Part shown: piece by piece, positions 1 to 17,359 of the stretch
Layout of the letters: each line of letters starts with the position of its first letter
How positions within the stretch are numbered: position 1 is the first letter of the stretch
Origin: the human T2T-CHM13v2.0 reference genome, Homo sapiens
DNA length: 64,000 nucleotides
Assembly (NCBI RefSeq): GCF_009914755.1
Contig: NC_060935.1
Reading direction: 5' to 3' (one strand)
The notes under the pieces: model-generated
What the model saw: the letters and a program-made list of their open reading frames with translations, nothing else
Database searches by the model: none
Told to the model about the DNA's origin: nothing
Translations under genes and position numbers: made by a program

Positions 1-530
1 TTCTTCACCTTGCAAAGCACTCCCTAGCTCATTATTTTCCCCAAGGACTGGAAAGAAATTGAGCAAGACCCCTCCTCTACCCACAAGCCTACTGATCCAT
101 CTTCTTTCCTAAGCAAGAGAGAGAATGGCTAGAGAGCTCCTTTACACTTTCTAGCCAAGATAAACTGCTAGGATTAGGGCTGTCAGGAACGGGCACGTCC
201 TACAAGGCAATGGAAACTTAATGTGGTCGCAAATTGCTATCATCTCCTCTAGCACACTCTCACCACATGATCCCAACTACCCTAGCATCTTTTCTCACAT
301 TTCTAGGGAACAGGACAGCTAAGAGGGATATAAGGGAAGCAAGGTGAGGGCACTTTAGGGACCCAGATGAGTTGGTCCTAAGAAAGCATCTTGCTAACAT
401 GAGTGCTCAATACAGACATGGAAGATTATGAATGAACCCTCATCTACTAATACAAAAATGTAGAATATATTCAGACACTACACTGGTTCAGGCAGATGAA
501 GCAAAGCAGTCCACCTGAGGTCAGCAGCAC

Positions 531-690
531 CTTTTGATGGTGGGAACTTCCATACAATCAGCTTCTGCCACTCTTCTCCAAGGTGATAAAGTATGTTCTG
601 TTTCTGTATTGTGAGCTCCATGCTGAGAGATTTCAATATTTTTAAATCAAAGCATTTTCTGGATTTTAATAACTTCAAGCATTTCTGTGC
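531..690 (-). CDS. ZW10: ZW10 coding exon 5 (160 nt)
   Basis: Translates [53 protein letters not shown]; AG acceptor at 691-692 and GT donor (GTGCTG) at 529-530 on minus; frame continuous with exon 4. Confidence 0.95.
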
Positions 691-834
691 CTGGTAACGA
701 AATGGAATCACTGTTAAACATTCCATCTGGACTCAGGGCAATTAGAATATATTTGCATAATGATAAAAAATACAAAATTTACTGAAAACAAGAAGAGCAC
801 TTATTGCGCATGCTTTGGGGAGAGCATTTAGTAC

Positions 835-912
835 CTCTTCCAGACGCTGAGCACCAGTGACATACTTCTTCTCTGTTAATGCACAATTATATTCTTCAAT
901 AGCAGTGGAAAA
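835..912 (-). CDS. ZW10: ZW10 coding exon 4 (78 nt)
   Basis: [26 protein letters not shown]; AG/GT boundaries; phase 0-0. Confidence 0.95.
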
Positions 913-1138
913 CTGAAAAGTTAAGTATAATATTTTATACATCCTATTATTTCAAGTCTGTTTGCTTTTAAACATTAAGAAATGCTCCCACTTTCCCTCC
1001 CCCTCCCCCCTCTAAAAAAAAAAAAAGAAAGAAAAAAAAATATGAAGACAAAAAAACCCATTATAGTCAGGAGATAGCCATTGACTAATGAGACCTTCCC
1101 ACCACCAAAACACTAAGGTTCAAGTTGAGTTTACTGAC

Positions 1139-1240
1139 CTCCTGCAACTGTTTAAGCAAACTTAGGACAACTGAGTCTCTTTCCAACTGCTGCTTTAAGT
1201 CTGTAAATTCACCGGTTGATACATGAAGATCCCGGCGGAC
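1139..1240 (-). CDS. ZW10: ZW10 coding exon 3 (102 nt)
   Basis: [34 protein letters not shown]; AG acceptor, GTCAGT donor. Confidence 0.95.
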
Positions 1241-1603
1241 CTAATTCACACATCAAAAACAAGTACTTTTAAGCTATACCATACCTAAGAAATAAAAAAT
1301 TTAAAGCAAATCAATAAGCTTTACTAGGTCAACATAATTTATGTTGAAATTTAAATGCTAGTTAAGACTGGAATAAAAATCACAGAATGTAGTAGGAAGA
1401 TACCTTAGAGGTCCAACTAGTCCAAACCCTTATCCTATTGCAAGAATACCCATTCCTCTCAACATAATATCCTCATGTCACCATCTATTCTTAATTTAAG
1501 CAGGTATCTTTCATCAGAGAGCTCACCCACCTGGATTACTAGAAAGGTATCCCCACTGCCAAGTGATAACTCATTCTAGAGTCAGACACCTCTATTAGGA
1601 ATT

Positions 1604-1900
1604 TCTTTTTTTTAATTGAAACAGGGTCTCACTCTGTTGCCCAGGCTGAAGCGCAGTGGTGCAATCTCAGCTCACTGCAGCCTCAACTTCCCTAGAATCA
1701 AGCAATCCTCCCACCTTAGCCCTGCTGAGTAGCCAGAACTACAGGCACGCACCACCACACCTGTCTAATTTTTGTATTTTTTGATAGAGATGGAGTTCTG
1801 CCATGTTGTCCAGGCTGGTCTTGAACTCCTGGACTCAAGCGATCTGCCCACCTTGGCCTCCCAAAGTGCTGAGATTGTAGGCATGAGCCACGGCACCTTG
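1604..1900 (-). mobile_element. Alu (old, AluJ-like)
   Basis: Antisense Alu dimer with poly-T head. Confidence 0.85.
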
Positions 1901-2822
1901 TCAGAAAGATTTAATATTGAGGCAGAATCTACCTCTCATTCTGTCCCACCTTATCAATGACTTTACATGATCAATTATTCCCTCTCTCCTAAAATCTCCA
2001 ATTAACCTCTCCCTAATTTATCTTCATTCATTTGTGAAATATATATTGACTGAATGCCTATAAGTGCATGGCTTATCCCATCAAATTTAAGTATGTTAAA
2101 ATTTCTCCCATCTTTCAGAAAAAAATCCCTCCCCCTTACCAACCACCCTATTGCTCAGTAACTGTTTTATTTTTCTCCTCCCTCTCACAAACAGCTTCCT
2201 GAAATAGTGATCTATATCCATTGTCTTTACATTCTCAACTCTCATTCACTCTATACCTCACTGTGATCTGGTTCCTAACTGTTCTTGCCAAAAAACAAAC
2301 AAACAAACAAACAAAAACACTAAACTCCTTGTTGCTAAATCCAAAGCAAATATTACTAGTACAGTCGTGTGTCACTAACAATGGGGACGCATTCTAAGAA
2401 ATGCAGTTAGGTGATTTTGATGTCATGCAAACATCACAGAGTGTACTTACAGGAACCCAAATGGTATGTCCTACTATGTACCTAGGCTATATAAAACTAT
2501 TGCTCTTAGGCTATAAACCCATACAGCATGTTACTGTACCATTTACACAATGGTAAATATTTGTGTATCTAAACACAGAAAACATACAGTAAAAATACAG
2601 CATAAAAATGGTACACCTGTATAGGGCACTTACCATGAATGTAAGTTGCAGGACTAGAAGTTGCTCTGGGTGAGTCAGTGGGTGAGTGGTGAGTGAATGT
2701 GAAGGCCTAGGACATTAGTGTACTCTACGGCAGACTTTATAAACACTATACATTTAGGTAACACTAAATTTATTTTTAAAAATTTTCTTTCTTCATAATA
2801 AATTAACATTAGCTTACTGTAA

Positions 2823-3194
<372 letters not shown>

Positions 3195-3214
3195 TAGAAA
3201 AGTATTTTGTGTGT

Positions 3215-4865
3215 GTTTTTATTTCTTCTAAAAAAAATGGGATACATGTGCAGAACACGCAGGTTTGTTACACAGGTATACATGTGCCATGGTGGTTTGC
3301 TGCACCTATTAACCCATCCTCTTAAGTTCCCTCCCCTCACCCCTCGTCCCCCACCAGGCCCTGGTGTGTGTTGTTCCCCTCTTTGTGTCCATGCGTTCTC
3401 ATTGTTCAACTCCCACTTATGACTGAGAACATGTGGTGTTTAGTTTTCTACTCCTGTGTTAGTTTGCTGAGGATGGTGGCTTCCAGCTTCATCCATATCC
3501 CTACAAAGGACATGCTCTCATTCCTTTTTATGGCTGCATAGTATTCCATGGTGTATATGTACCACATTTTCTTTATCCAGTCTGTCATTGATGGGCATTT
3601 CGGTTGGTTCCATGTCTTTGCTATTGTAAACAGTGCTGCAATAAACATATGTGTGCATGTGTCTTTACAGCAGAATCATTTATATTCCCTTGGGTATATA
3701 CCCAGTAATGGGACTGCTGGGTCAAATGGTATTTTTGGTTCTAGATCCTTGAGGAATCACCATACTGTCTTCCACAATAGTTGAACTAATTTACATTCCC
3801 ACCAACAGTGTAAAAACGTTCCTATTTCTCCACATCCTCTCCAGCATCTATTGTTTCCTGACTTTTTAATAATCGCCATTCTGACTTGCGTGAGATGGTA
3901 TCTCATTGTGGTTTTGATTTGCATTTCTCTGATTCAGTGATGTTGAGCCTTTTTTCATGTTTGTAGGCCGCATAAATGTCTTCTTTTGAGAAGTGTCTGT
4001 TAATATCCTTTGCCCACTTTTTGATGGGGTTGCTTTTTTCTTATAAATATGTTTAAGTTCCTTGTAAATTCTGGATATTAGACCTTTGTCACATGGGTAG
4101 ATTGCAAAAATTTTCTCCCATTCTGTAGATTGCCTGTTCACTCTGATGATGGTTTCTTTTACTATGCAGAAGCTTTTTAGTTTAATTAGATCCCATTTGT
4201 CAATTTTGGCTTTTATTGCAGTTGCTTTTGGCATGTTTGTCAGGAAGTCCTTGCCCATGCCTATGTCCTGAATGGAATTGCCCAGGTTTTCTTCTAGGGT
4301 TTTTATGGTTTTGGATTTTACATTTAAGTCCTTAAGCCATCTTGAGTTAATTTTTGTGTAAGGTGTAAGGAAGGGGTCCAGTTTCAGTTTTCTGCATATG
4401 GCTAACCAGTTTTCTCAGCACCATTTTACTGAATAGCAGATCCTTTCCCCACTGCTTGTTTTTGTCAGGTTTGTCAAAGATCAGATGGTTGTAGACATGT
4501 GGTGTTATTTCTGAGGCCTCTGTTCTGCTCCATTGGTCTATATGTCTGTTTTGGTACCAGTACCATGCTGTTTTGGTTACTGTAGGCTTGCAGTGTAGTT
4601 TGAAGTCAGGTAGTGTGATGACCCCAGCTTTGTTCTTTTTGTTTAGGATTGTCTTGGCTATATGGGTCTTCTTTGATTCCATATGAAATTAAAACAGTTT
4701 TTTCTAATTCTGTGAGGAATGTCAATGGTAGTTTGATGTGACAGCATTGAATCTATAAATTGCTTATGGCCATTTTCATGATACTGATTCTTCCTATCCA
4801 TGAGAATGGAATGTTTTTCCATTTGTTTGTGTCCTCTATTATTTCCTTGAGTAGTGGTTTGTAGT
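3215..4865 (-). mobile_element. 5'-truncated L1PA (ORF2 C-terminus + 3'UTR)
   Basis: ORF fragments MFIAALFTIAKTWNQPKCPS.., [16 protein letters not shown].., [15 protein letters not shown]..; L1 3'UTR with G-rich tract. Confidence 0.92.
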
Positions 4866-5272
4866 AAAAATATTTTATTTAAATTCATCTTCTATAAGCT
4901 TTTTTCTATTTTTAAATTTTTTGTTTTAACTTTGTAAACTTTCCTGTTAAAAACTAAGACACAAACACACACATTAGCCTAGCCCTACAAAGTCAAGATT
5001 ACCAATAGGTGATAGGAACTTTTCAGCTCTACTATAATCTCACAGGACCACACTTGTATATGTGGTCTGTGGTCGACTGAAATGTATTTAACAGTACTGT
5101 GTTAACTTTCCTTCCTTCTGAAACATTCTTTTCCCTTAGTTCCATGAAACTATTCTCTACTGATTTTCCTCTTAGTTCTCTAGCCCTTCCTTTTTCACTC
5201 TTTTGGGAGCTTCATTTTCTGACCACTCCGTATATATTGATACTCCTTTCTTCCTGATTGTCTTACTCCAAA

Positions 5273-5500
5273 CCAGTGGTTTTTAACAGGAAGTGATTTT
5301 GCCCCAACCTCAACCAGGGACATCTGGCAATGTCTGAAGACATTGGCTGTCACTGGTTTGCACCATGAGAGAGTTCTATTCACATCTAGTGAACAGAGGC
5401 CAGGGATACTGCTAACACAATACAATGTACAGGACAGACCTCTACAACAAAGAATTATCCAGCCCAAAACATCAATAGTGACAAGGGTGAGAAACCCTGC
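5273..5500. mobile_element. MER20 (hAT-Charlie)
   Basis: CAGTGGTT...GGGACATCTGGCAATGTCTG..GACATT...GAGAAACCCTG pattern. Confidence 0.7.
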
Positions 5501-6411
5501 TTTATATACTCTTTCTGGGCAATCTTGTCCATTCCCATGGCTTCAATTACTAAGTGCTGCTATCTCGAGTCCACATTATTTTCCTCACGTCCAAACATGT
5601 ATATGGGTAAGATGATGTGGAAACTGTCCACTAAAATCCATTCTCCTTCTTTCCATATTAATAGCACCCAACTAGATTATATATTTTAGCCTCCTTCACA
5701 GTTGGGTGAGACCATGTCTAAGATCCTACCAATGGAATGTAAACAGAAGTAATGTGTACCACTTCCAACTCTGAGTCTTAAGAAAATAGACGTGCCCCCT
5801 ACATGCCCTCTCTTTTCCCTTTATCTCCAGCTATAACCTGGATACCAAAAGAGACCAGATTGAATCACATAAATAATGACAAAACCCTAAGAGCAATACT
5901 TCTCAAACTGTAATGCATATACATATCACTCAGTGACTCTCAGTAAAATGCAGATTCTGATTCACTGGGTCTGGATTGAGGCCTGAGATCCTGCATTTCT
6001 AATAAGCTATCAGGTACTGCCAAAGCTGCTGCTCTACAGACTTTTGGAAGACAATTCTCTAGAGGTCTCTCACATTTCTGCACTATCTTACAAGTAAGGC
6101 AATTACTGTCTTTAGTTCTGGGCTATCTTTTCAAGAATGTCTATATAGTAAACAGCCTTGGAAGACAGAGATGGTGTCTCCCTCCAAAGCAAAAGGGAGG
6201 TATGCTTGCTACCCATTAAAAAGAGTCGGGGTCCTTAAAGTCAGGAGTCCTTTTCTATTAATATAAAGCAATCTACTGCACAATGTCCTACAGGGAGCAG
6301 GACTGGGCAACTGATGCAAAAATGCTGATACTCTGGCTACTGCTGTAAGTAATAAACTGTCCTTCATCTCTCACCAAGGAGACTCACGTCTTCTACAAAT
6401 CCATGAAACTT

Positions 6412-7350
<939 letters not shown>

Positions 7351-9160
7351 AATTTTTTTAAAGAATCCATGAAACTTTAGCAGGCTAACTTACCGACTTT
7401 CAAGCAAGTTAAAATCCTAGATCCCCTTCAATTCTTGACACAGACTATACTAGAATAGCTGGGCCTTAGATTGTGGAATCAGCCTGCTTACCAAACTACG
7501 ATGATTAAAAAAAAAAAAAAAGGATCTTGTTTGAGCCACTGCATTTCAAGGTATCTCTTTTTATTTATTTTTTTTTACAACAGTCTAGCCTTCACCTTAA
7601 TATAATCCAATTGCCTGTGAAACTCCATTTGATACCCCATAGGCACCTTAAATTTAAATTCCTCAAATCTCTCACAAAAACCTGCTTTCTCTAGATTCTC
7701 TGTCAGTGAATGGAATGAAACCATGAGCTAGTTCCCCAGTTATCCCTGACTCCTACATTCTTCACTCCCCACATCAACAAGTCCCAAATATCCTCTCTGA
7801 AATGTCACTAGGATCCATCAATTTTTCTCCATTCCCACTGCCACTGACTTTAGAGAAAGTCACTACCCTTTTTTTTCCTCGATTATTTTAACTGCCTCTG
7901 AACATTTTAACTGCCTTCTCATATCCTGGACTCATTTCCCTCAAGTTCTTTCTTCAAACTGCAAGCAGAATAGGATTCCTGAAATTCAAATCTGATGTCA
8001 CTCTCTTGCTTAAAAACCTCTATGGGTTCCACAGGGCCATCAAGATAACGTCCACACTCTTTATCATGTTACTACTAACCTGATATGCAAGGCCCTTGCT
8101 TACCTTTCTAATTTCATCTTATGTCCCTTCCCACCAAAATCCCACATTTGTCTTATGGAATACTTGTAGCTCCCCAACAGTGACATCTCTCTATTACCTC
8201 CATGCCTCTGCCTACCTAAAACTTATGGCTACTTACAACACTCTTCCTTCCCCTGTTGCCTATCACTTCCCGTCTTGGTTTGGATGCCATTTCCTATAGG
8301 AAGCCATCCTTAGCTATATCTCCTCTCTCTAACTGTATTACTCCTATTTATTGCTGTGTCACACTATTACCAGGCACGAGATTCACACCTTGAAATAAAA
8401 AACATTCTTATTCAGCAACTATTACACTGCCTGTCACCTTTTAAGTGCAGAATAAATACACCAAATGCCTGAATAAACTTCTAACATACACCTATTGAAA
8501 AAATTCTCTATTATGAACCATAAATTTGAATATTTCTCCCATATGACAGAGCTTCAAATATTGAAAATGTTTCTTCCCAAGGCTAAACATCCTCAGTTTA
8601 TTTCACAGTTCTTCAAATGGTACAGTGTTCAGGGCTAAACCTTCCCATCCAGACCAGCCATCTTTCAAAATAACAACAACCAAAACTAAATAAATTTCAA
8701 CAGCCAGGGTGTGGCCAGTAAAAGGTACAGAGAGCCAATTACTGTCTTGTTCCAGACACTTCATTTCTAATAGCACAGTCTAATGTTACACTATTGATAT
8801 TGACTCCCTAATCAATCAACTAATTACAAATGCACTCTGGGGATATTTTTTGAACTGTGCCAGAGGTGCAAAGTAACAGATTGATCCACTCACTTTGGCC
8901 ACCACAAAGTGCTGGGATTACAGGCATGATGCACCGGGCCTGGTCAAATTTTCTTCCATAAAAAATAAGTTATTTAAATTGCACTTTTGGAAATACTTCT
9001 ATTTCAGAATTGAAGTCACCCTACAATCATTTAGTTCAATCTCCATTTACCAATCAGAAAAGTGAGGGTTTAAAAAGTTGTACACAATTAAGCTGTCTTA
9101 GCAATCAGGAAGCTGAACCACCTCCCTACAAACCTACCCAATATAACAAATTATCCTTAC

Positions 9161-9295
9161 CTCACTCTCTATCCTGGATTTCAGCAGGTCAATGTCTTCA
9201 GATAGCTTATCCACCTGGGTAATCAGGCCCTGCGCGCTCTGCATGCTAGGCAGGAATTCACTGTACTTCTTGCTAATCATATTGCACACCTCACC
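9161..9295 (-). CDS. ZW10: ZW10 coding exon 2 (135 nt)
   Basis: [45 protein letters not shown]; AG acceptor, GTAAGG donor. Confidence 0.95.
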
Positions 9296-9928
9296 CTAAA
9301 ATATAAAACAGAATTATATTAAAAGACAGTGAAATGAGTAGAGAACTCTAATAAGAATATATTCATCTTCCACAAGGCATTTTCCATGTTAGAACCTTCT
9401 TGCCAATTGCCTATACCCATTCACTTTCCCTCCAAGCCAATGAGTTTCTTTCAAAAACACATTTCTCCCACCATGAGGGGTCTCATAACATTATTAGGGT
9501 GAAAGAAGACAACAATATCAAACATCACTATGTACTCCAAGAGGATATACAACTATTACTGGTCGATTAAAAAATTAAAAAAAAAAAAAGAAGACAATGA
9601 TCACCAAACCCCAACGGCGCCCAAGACTTGTACAAATGCTGGAAAAGAGAAAAGGTGGAGCCAGAAGTTCTCATATTGAACTATATCAGACTGTGGTCAC
9701 CAATTTTAATCATAAATCTAATAGAAAATAAATGGATAAATTAAATCCATAATCTGTATATCTCAATCAATTTCTATTTTCTTGCCTATAATATTTTATG
9801 GCCTGATCTTAAAACCCTACATTGATTTGACTTTCATCATCTCCTTTAATACAAACTAACTTAAACAAAGTACTGAATACTGTGTATTGAATTATTTAAT
9901 ACCTTGAAAGATACAAGAATAAATTATG

Positions 9929-12205
<2,277 letters not shown>

Positions 12206-13010
12206 AAGAACAAATTATGCTTGCCCTCAAATTCCTACGTAGTAAAGATACTATATACTTGAGCAACAAGAATACAGGACTGAAATGTAATACAGCAACA
12301 AAGTTACAAAGCCTTCCAGGAGCACAAATGAGAAAGAGATCCCCTCTCCCTGAGGGAAGATAAAGATTTTTTTTTATGCAGGAGACATTTGAAATGGAAC
12401 TTGAAAAATGGGTTTGAAAAATACTACAGGTAAAGATGGAAAAATGGCAACATAAGCAAAATATGGGATTAAAAAAGGGAGGGAGAGCAGAGAAAGTAAT
12501 TCTCAATTGGCTGAAGATTCAAGTTGGTAAAGGAAACTAGTGAAAGCAAAGAAAGGCATGTTGGGTCCAGAACACGCAGGAGCTAGGGTCGCTTGCCATG
12601 CTAGAGTAACTTAAAAACCTGTCCTCTTTCCATCACATTAAACAGTGGTGAAAAATCCGAAAGCCATATTAAAGAAGAGATGTCAGGGATATGACTACTT
12701 AAAATTCAGGAAACTACTTTTGTAAAATCAAGAGCTGTTAGGAAGGGTTATACCTGTGCCCTTATGGTGTGTGGCAAACTTGCTCCCTCGAAACCCTACT
12801 TGACTCAGATACACAAAATTTTAAATGAAAGCAACTGAAGATGTGGACAAATACTGGCAAGGTAACAATATCAGTGCAAAGCAAAACTGTGTGTGGCTAC
12901 GTGCTTCCAGTTTTTGTATCAATCTCAAGGCAGCAACGTTTACGTAGGTACCAATGACACTCAGCACAGCTTCATGTGCTTGTAGATGAAGTTTTAAAAC
13001 CACATTAAGA

Positions 13011-13300
13011 GGCCGGAGACGGTGGCTTACACCTGTAATCCCAGCACTTTGGGAGGCCGAGGCGGGTGGATCACCTGAGGTCAAGAGTTCGAGACCAGTC
13101 TGGCCAACATGGTGAAACTCCGTCTGTACTAAAAATACAAAAAAAAAAAAAAAAAAATTAGCCAGGCGTGGTGGCACGCGCCTGTAATCTCAGCTACTCG
13201 GGAGGCTGAGGCAGGAGAATCGCTTGAACCCGGGAGGCAGAGGTCGCGGTGAGCCGAGATCACTCCAGCCTGGGCGACAGAGCAAGACTCCATCTCAAAA
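13011..13300 (+). mobile_element. AluS
   Basis: Alu consensus. Confidence 0.9.
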
Positions 13301-13859
13301 GATAGATAGATACATAAAAATAAAAACATACTGAGGGTTTGGGTTTGTTTTTTTTTTAATGTCGGGGAGGAGAAAGGTGCAATCCTCCAGGCTATTTTAT
13401 TCATCAACAAATCAAGGAGTGGGTGGAGGAAATAAACACTCATCGATGGAAGAAGGGGAAGGGGGATCCTGTCTTTTCTATTCCTCTCCTGCGCTCGCTC
13501 CCTAGCTTCCTCGGAGCTTCCAGTTGCTCCTCCCGCTCTGCTGGTCTCTTCAGTCTCCCTCTTCCCGCGGCACACCCCTCCCCAACATAACTCCACTCTC
13601 CAGTGCTCTCCAGCCACCGCCTGTTCGTCCCCACAGTCCCAGGTCTCCTCGCCTCCTCAGTTCCCAACCCCTGTGTGGGCTCCCCTCCAAGATCCCTCCT
13701 CAATCCACACATTCTGGGCCCCTCCACTCCTCATTCAGCCCCCACAACTAGATCTCCCCAACAGGCCCCACTCTGCTGGTCCCCACTCTGTCTGCCCTTA
13801 GCCCCTGACTCCTCTCTCCAGTCCCTTCACACAAGGACCCGGAGTCCCCTTCCAGTCAA

Positions 13860-14260
13860 CAGACAGCTGCCCCGCTCTCACCTTGATCTCCTCCACCCGC
13901 CGGGTCAGGCGGCTGATCCGGGTCCCCAGATCCTCCTTTTCCAGCCTCCCGGAGTGTGCCAAAACTTCTGTCACGAACGAGGCCATGGCCAAGACGGGAA
14001 CCAACGCTGACTGGGTCACTCTCGTAGCCAGCGCCGCAGCTCCCGTCCCGCCGGCCGTCTTGACGCGAGGCCTGCCGGGAAACGGAGTCTCGCGGGCCTC
14101 AGACCGCCGCCCGGAAGGCGAGGGGCGCACTACAACTCCCAGCAGGCACCGCGCCAATCCCGAGATGGGATTTCCACGGTGTCCCGTAGTTGGCAAACTG
14201 TAAGCAGACGCGTTTTCTTCCTTAGTTGTTTTCAAAGTTCGTTGCTTCCCGCCCGTTTTT
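13860..14260 (-). promoter_or_regulatory. ZW10: ZW10 CpG-island promoter
   Basis: High CpG density; ZNF143/SBS-type ACTACAACTCCCAGCAGGC at 14129-14147, ETS/GABP CCGGAAG at 14111-14117, CCAAT at 14154-14158; no obvious TATA. Confidence 0.85.
13882..13986 (-). CDS. ZW10: ZW10 coding exon 1 (start codon; kinetochore RZZ/NRZ subunit)
   Basis: GCCATGG Kozak; [35 protein letters not shown]; GTGAGA donor; inside CpG island. Confidence 0.97.
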
Positions 14261-14424
14261 CACTGGAGGAAATTAAACGTTTTTAATAACCAGGTCTAAC
14301 TGAACCTTTCTAAACTTCAAAAGGCTTACTTGTAAAATTATCTAACTGAAAGAGCCAACGAGCCCATCTCGATCTTTTTTCCTCAACTTTTATTGGGCCG
14401 CTGTGGCACCAGAATCTACGAATG

Positions 14425-14438
14425 GCGCCCTCTAGAGT
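14425..14438 (-). promoter_or_regulatory. candidate CTCF site upstream of ZW10
   Basis: Minus strand ACTCTAGAGGGCGC resembles the CTCF core CCACTAGAGGGCGC. Confidence 0.5.
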
Positions 14439-14883
14439 TGTGTAAAGAAGTGGCGTCACCTCATTATAAATAAAAGGTTGCTTATAATTGCATCTATGTA
14501 CATATATTACATCTACGTGATACATTACACATTTACATTACCTACATTACATATTTATATTACTTAGATATACATAATATTAGTCCTGTGTGAACAAGAT
14601 ACTTAGTACTTTCTGTCATATTATAAATATATAAATGTGTCAAAAGCTTTTAAAAATGGTTTCATTATTTTAATGCATTGCATACAGAAAGATGTTCACA
14701 ATATTCTATGTATACTATGATTCCTTTTTAAAAACTTAAGTGTATAACCATTGGTCAGAAAACAAAAAGTATGTAAGTATGTATGTAAAGGACAGACATC
14801 AAATTATCCTATGGATGGTGGATTTATGGTATTTATTCTCTTCTCTGCCCTTGCTTTCTCTATTTTTCTGCAGTAAACATACA

Positions 14884-15203
14884 CAGTCCTCCCTTGGTAT
14901 GGGGGGATTGGTTCCAGAAACCTCCCCTGCCCCAGTAGCAAAATCCGTGGATGCTCAAGTCTCTTACATAAAATGATGTAATGTTTACAAGTAACCAGCA
15001 CACATCCTCCCCATACACTTTAAATCATCTCTTGATTACTTATAAGACCTAATACAAATCAATCTAAATGCTATAGAGTCGTTATATTGTATTTTGATTT
15101 GCATTATTTTTTGTTGTTGTATTGTTATTTTTTATTAGTTTTTTCCAGAATATTTTTGATCTGTGGTTGGTTGGATCCGTGGATACCAAGAGCCAGATGT
15201 ACT
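14884..15203 (+). mobile_element. MER2 (TcMar-Tigger MITE)
   Basis: CAGTC..CCCT.GGTAT..GGGGGATTGGTTCCAG...AAAATCCGTGGATGCTCAAGTC matches MER2 as recalled. Confidence 0.75.
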
Positions 15204-15898
15204 GTTTTGATTAAAAGGTTTTTGGTTTTTTAAAAAGATATATTGTGAGGGTTGACCCCAAGTAGGCACTGACCCTAAGATCCCTGACAATTGTTAAGTG
15301 TCTTTGAGACAATCTGCTTATCCCAGTGAAGCAAGGGCCAATTCACATGCCATGAGCAAAGGAAACAAAACTGGGATTGAGAGAGGAAGCACTGAAAACA
15401 GCCAAAACATCCTGAGAAACTCCCTTCCTTGGAAAACCAAATCAATTTCTTTTTGGTAGACCTGTCAACTTTGAATTCTAACTGCAACTAATAATAAATG
15501 CCCAATGACAAAGAATGACTGATAGATGAAAATTCTGAAACTTTGTACTGCATATTTATTAAGCAATTATCACATAGCAGACATTGTGCTAGGTCTGGGG
15601 ACCCACAACATGTGAATATATAATCACAGAAAAATATGATAATTACTAATTTGTAGGTAGATGAGGGATGGATCTAGATTTAGTGGAACTTAAATCTTAT
15701 ACAGTTGCAGGGAGGGGAAGGACTCTTTAAAGAAAAGAATATAAAATAATGAATACAAAATTAGAAGTCAGCCTTAGAAGGGGCTTGTGCAAGTAATGAG
15801 CTGTGAAGTTTAATCTGCCCCTGAGGAAGATGCAAATGGCAGAGGAAATATTGGAGGAAGAGCACCCAGTCTCTGACTGAATTAGAAAGGTTTCACAA

Positions 15899-16414
15899 TG
15901 TTAACATTTACAGGAGGCCATCACTTTGGACTGAGTTCCTGCACTAAGCCCAACAGACCAAACCAAAATGGAGTCACTCATGCTAAAGCTCTACTTCGCC
16001 AAACCAAAACTAAGCTGTCTGTCTGACCTTCTGAGAAATCAGGAGAATGAGAGATAATCACCAAATTCCCAAACCTGCCAGTTTCAGTCTTCATGATAAC
16101 GAAGTTCCCTCTGTTTTAATTCTTACAAAAAAGTACCTGAACTAAACTGATGCCAATCAATCAGTTATTTTTCTATTGTTCTGTTTCTCAGTTCCCACCT
16201 TACCAGGAAATTAAATTTGAAACAGCCAATCTGCTTTTTGTTCTTTGTGTCTCCTTTCTTCAGCCTTTTTCTTTCTATAAAACCAACCTCATCTGTTCAG
16301 CTCATCGGGACACTGATTCTACTTTATGGAATGAAGTGTTGCCTGATTCTAGAATCACAAATAAAGTGAATTAAGATCTTTAAACTAAACTCGTTGTAAT
16401 TTTGTCTTTTGACA
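15899..16414 (+). mobile_element. solo ERV1-class LTR (family not assigned)
   Basis: TG...CA ends, CAAAATGGAGTCACT motif, TATAAAA ~16276, AATAAA ~16359. Confidence 0.65.
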
Positions 16415-17359
16415 ACGGTAATGAGAAATCTGAAGTGAGAATGAAAGGAAGTGCTACTTTGAGGTTGAGGTTCTGGGACCTCCCTCCAGAAAACCTGTGT
16501 GTACAGACCCACAAAACACAACTGCCTAAGTTCTTGCTTCTTCCTGAGCAGAGAGACTACTGGGTAAGGTGAAGACTGTTCCTCAAGGTCCAAGGAAAAG
16601 TCAGGGAAGAGCCAGAGTTAGGCTGAGAAAGGAGAAGAAAGAGCGTGCAGCATGGAATGTGATGGCTACACACAGTCAATGCATGCAGCAATGAATGAAT
16701 ACTTGAATTTAAAAAAAGAAATTAATAAATGCATGTGTTCTGTATTCCCTCATTAACCTCACCTTCTTCATAGTTCACATTTATCATGGCTTATATGTCT
16801 CCCAATTCACAGATGTTCATAAATCATCAGGAAAAGGCAAGGAAGTCAGGAGCAAAGTCTGAAAGGATTCCTCCTGGCCTATCATGGCTCACATACACAT
16901 GACATACCTGTATTCAAGAAGCAAAGTAGTGAATGCATATTTCTGGTAGAGGACAGTACAATCAGACAGCGTTTCCACGTTTGCACAGTATTTGCCATCA
17001 TGTTGCTATAAAAGCAGCATAAGGCGCTTAAAATTTGAAAAAGCAACCCATTTGCTTCAAAATAGTATGAAAGGGAAGGGCTGGGTGCAGGTAGAAATGA
17101 AGCAAGATTGGGATGAGTGGATAATTTTTGAAGTGAAATGATGCAATATGGGATTTCTTTATACAATTCATTCTACTTTTGTATATGTTTGAAGTTTTCT
17201 GTAATAAAACATAAAAGAGAAAAGAGCACTTCAGATGATTCTGTGTGCCTTCCTCCAAACCCTCACACCACGGATAAACACTGGTATACCAGATGTCTTA
17301 GGTGTTGAGCCATCAGTTAGATAAACTCAAGATCCTCCTTTCTCAGGAGATGTCTCTTC

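Noticed and set aside
13129-14235. Several overlapping 95-160 aa ORFs around ZW10 exon 1
   Set aside because: Stop-poor GC-rich or purine-skewed sequence plus Alu; only 13882-13986 is real coding.
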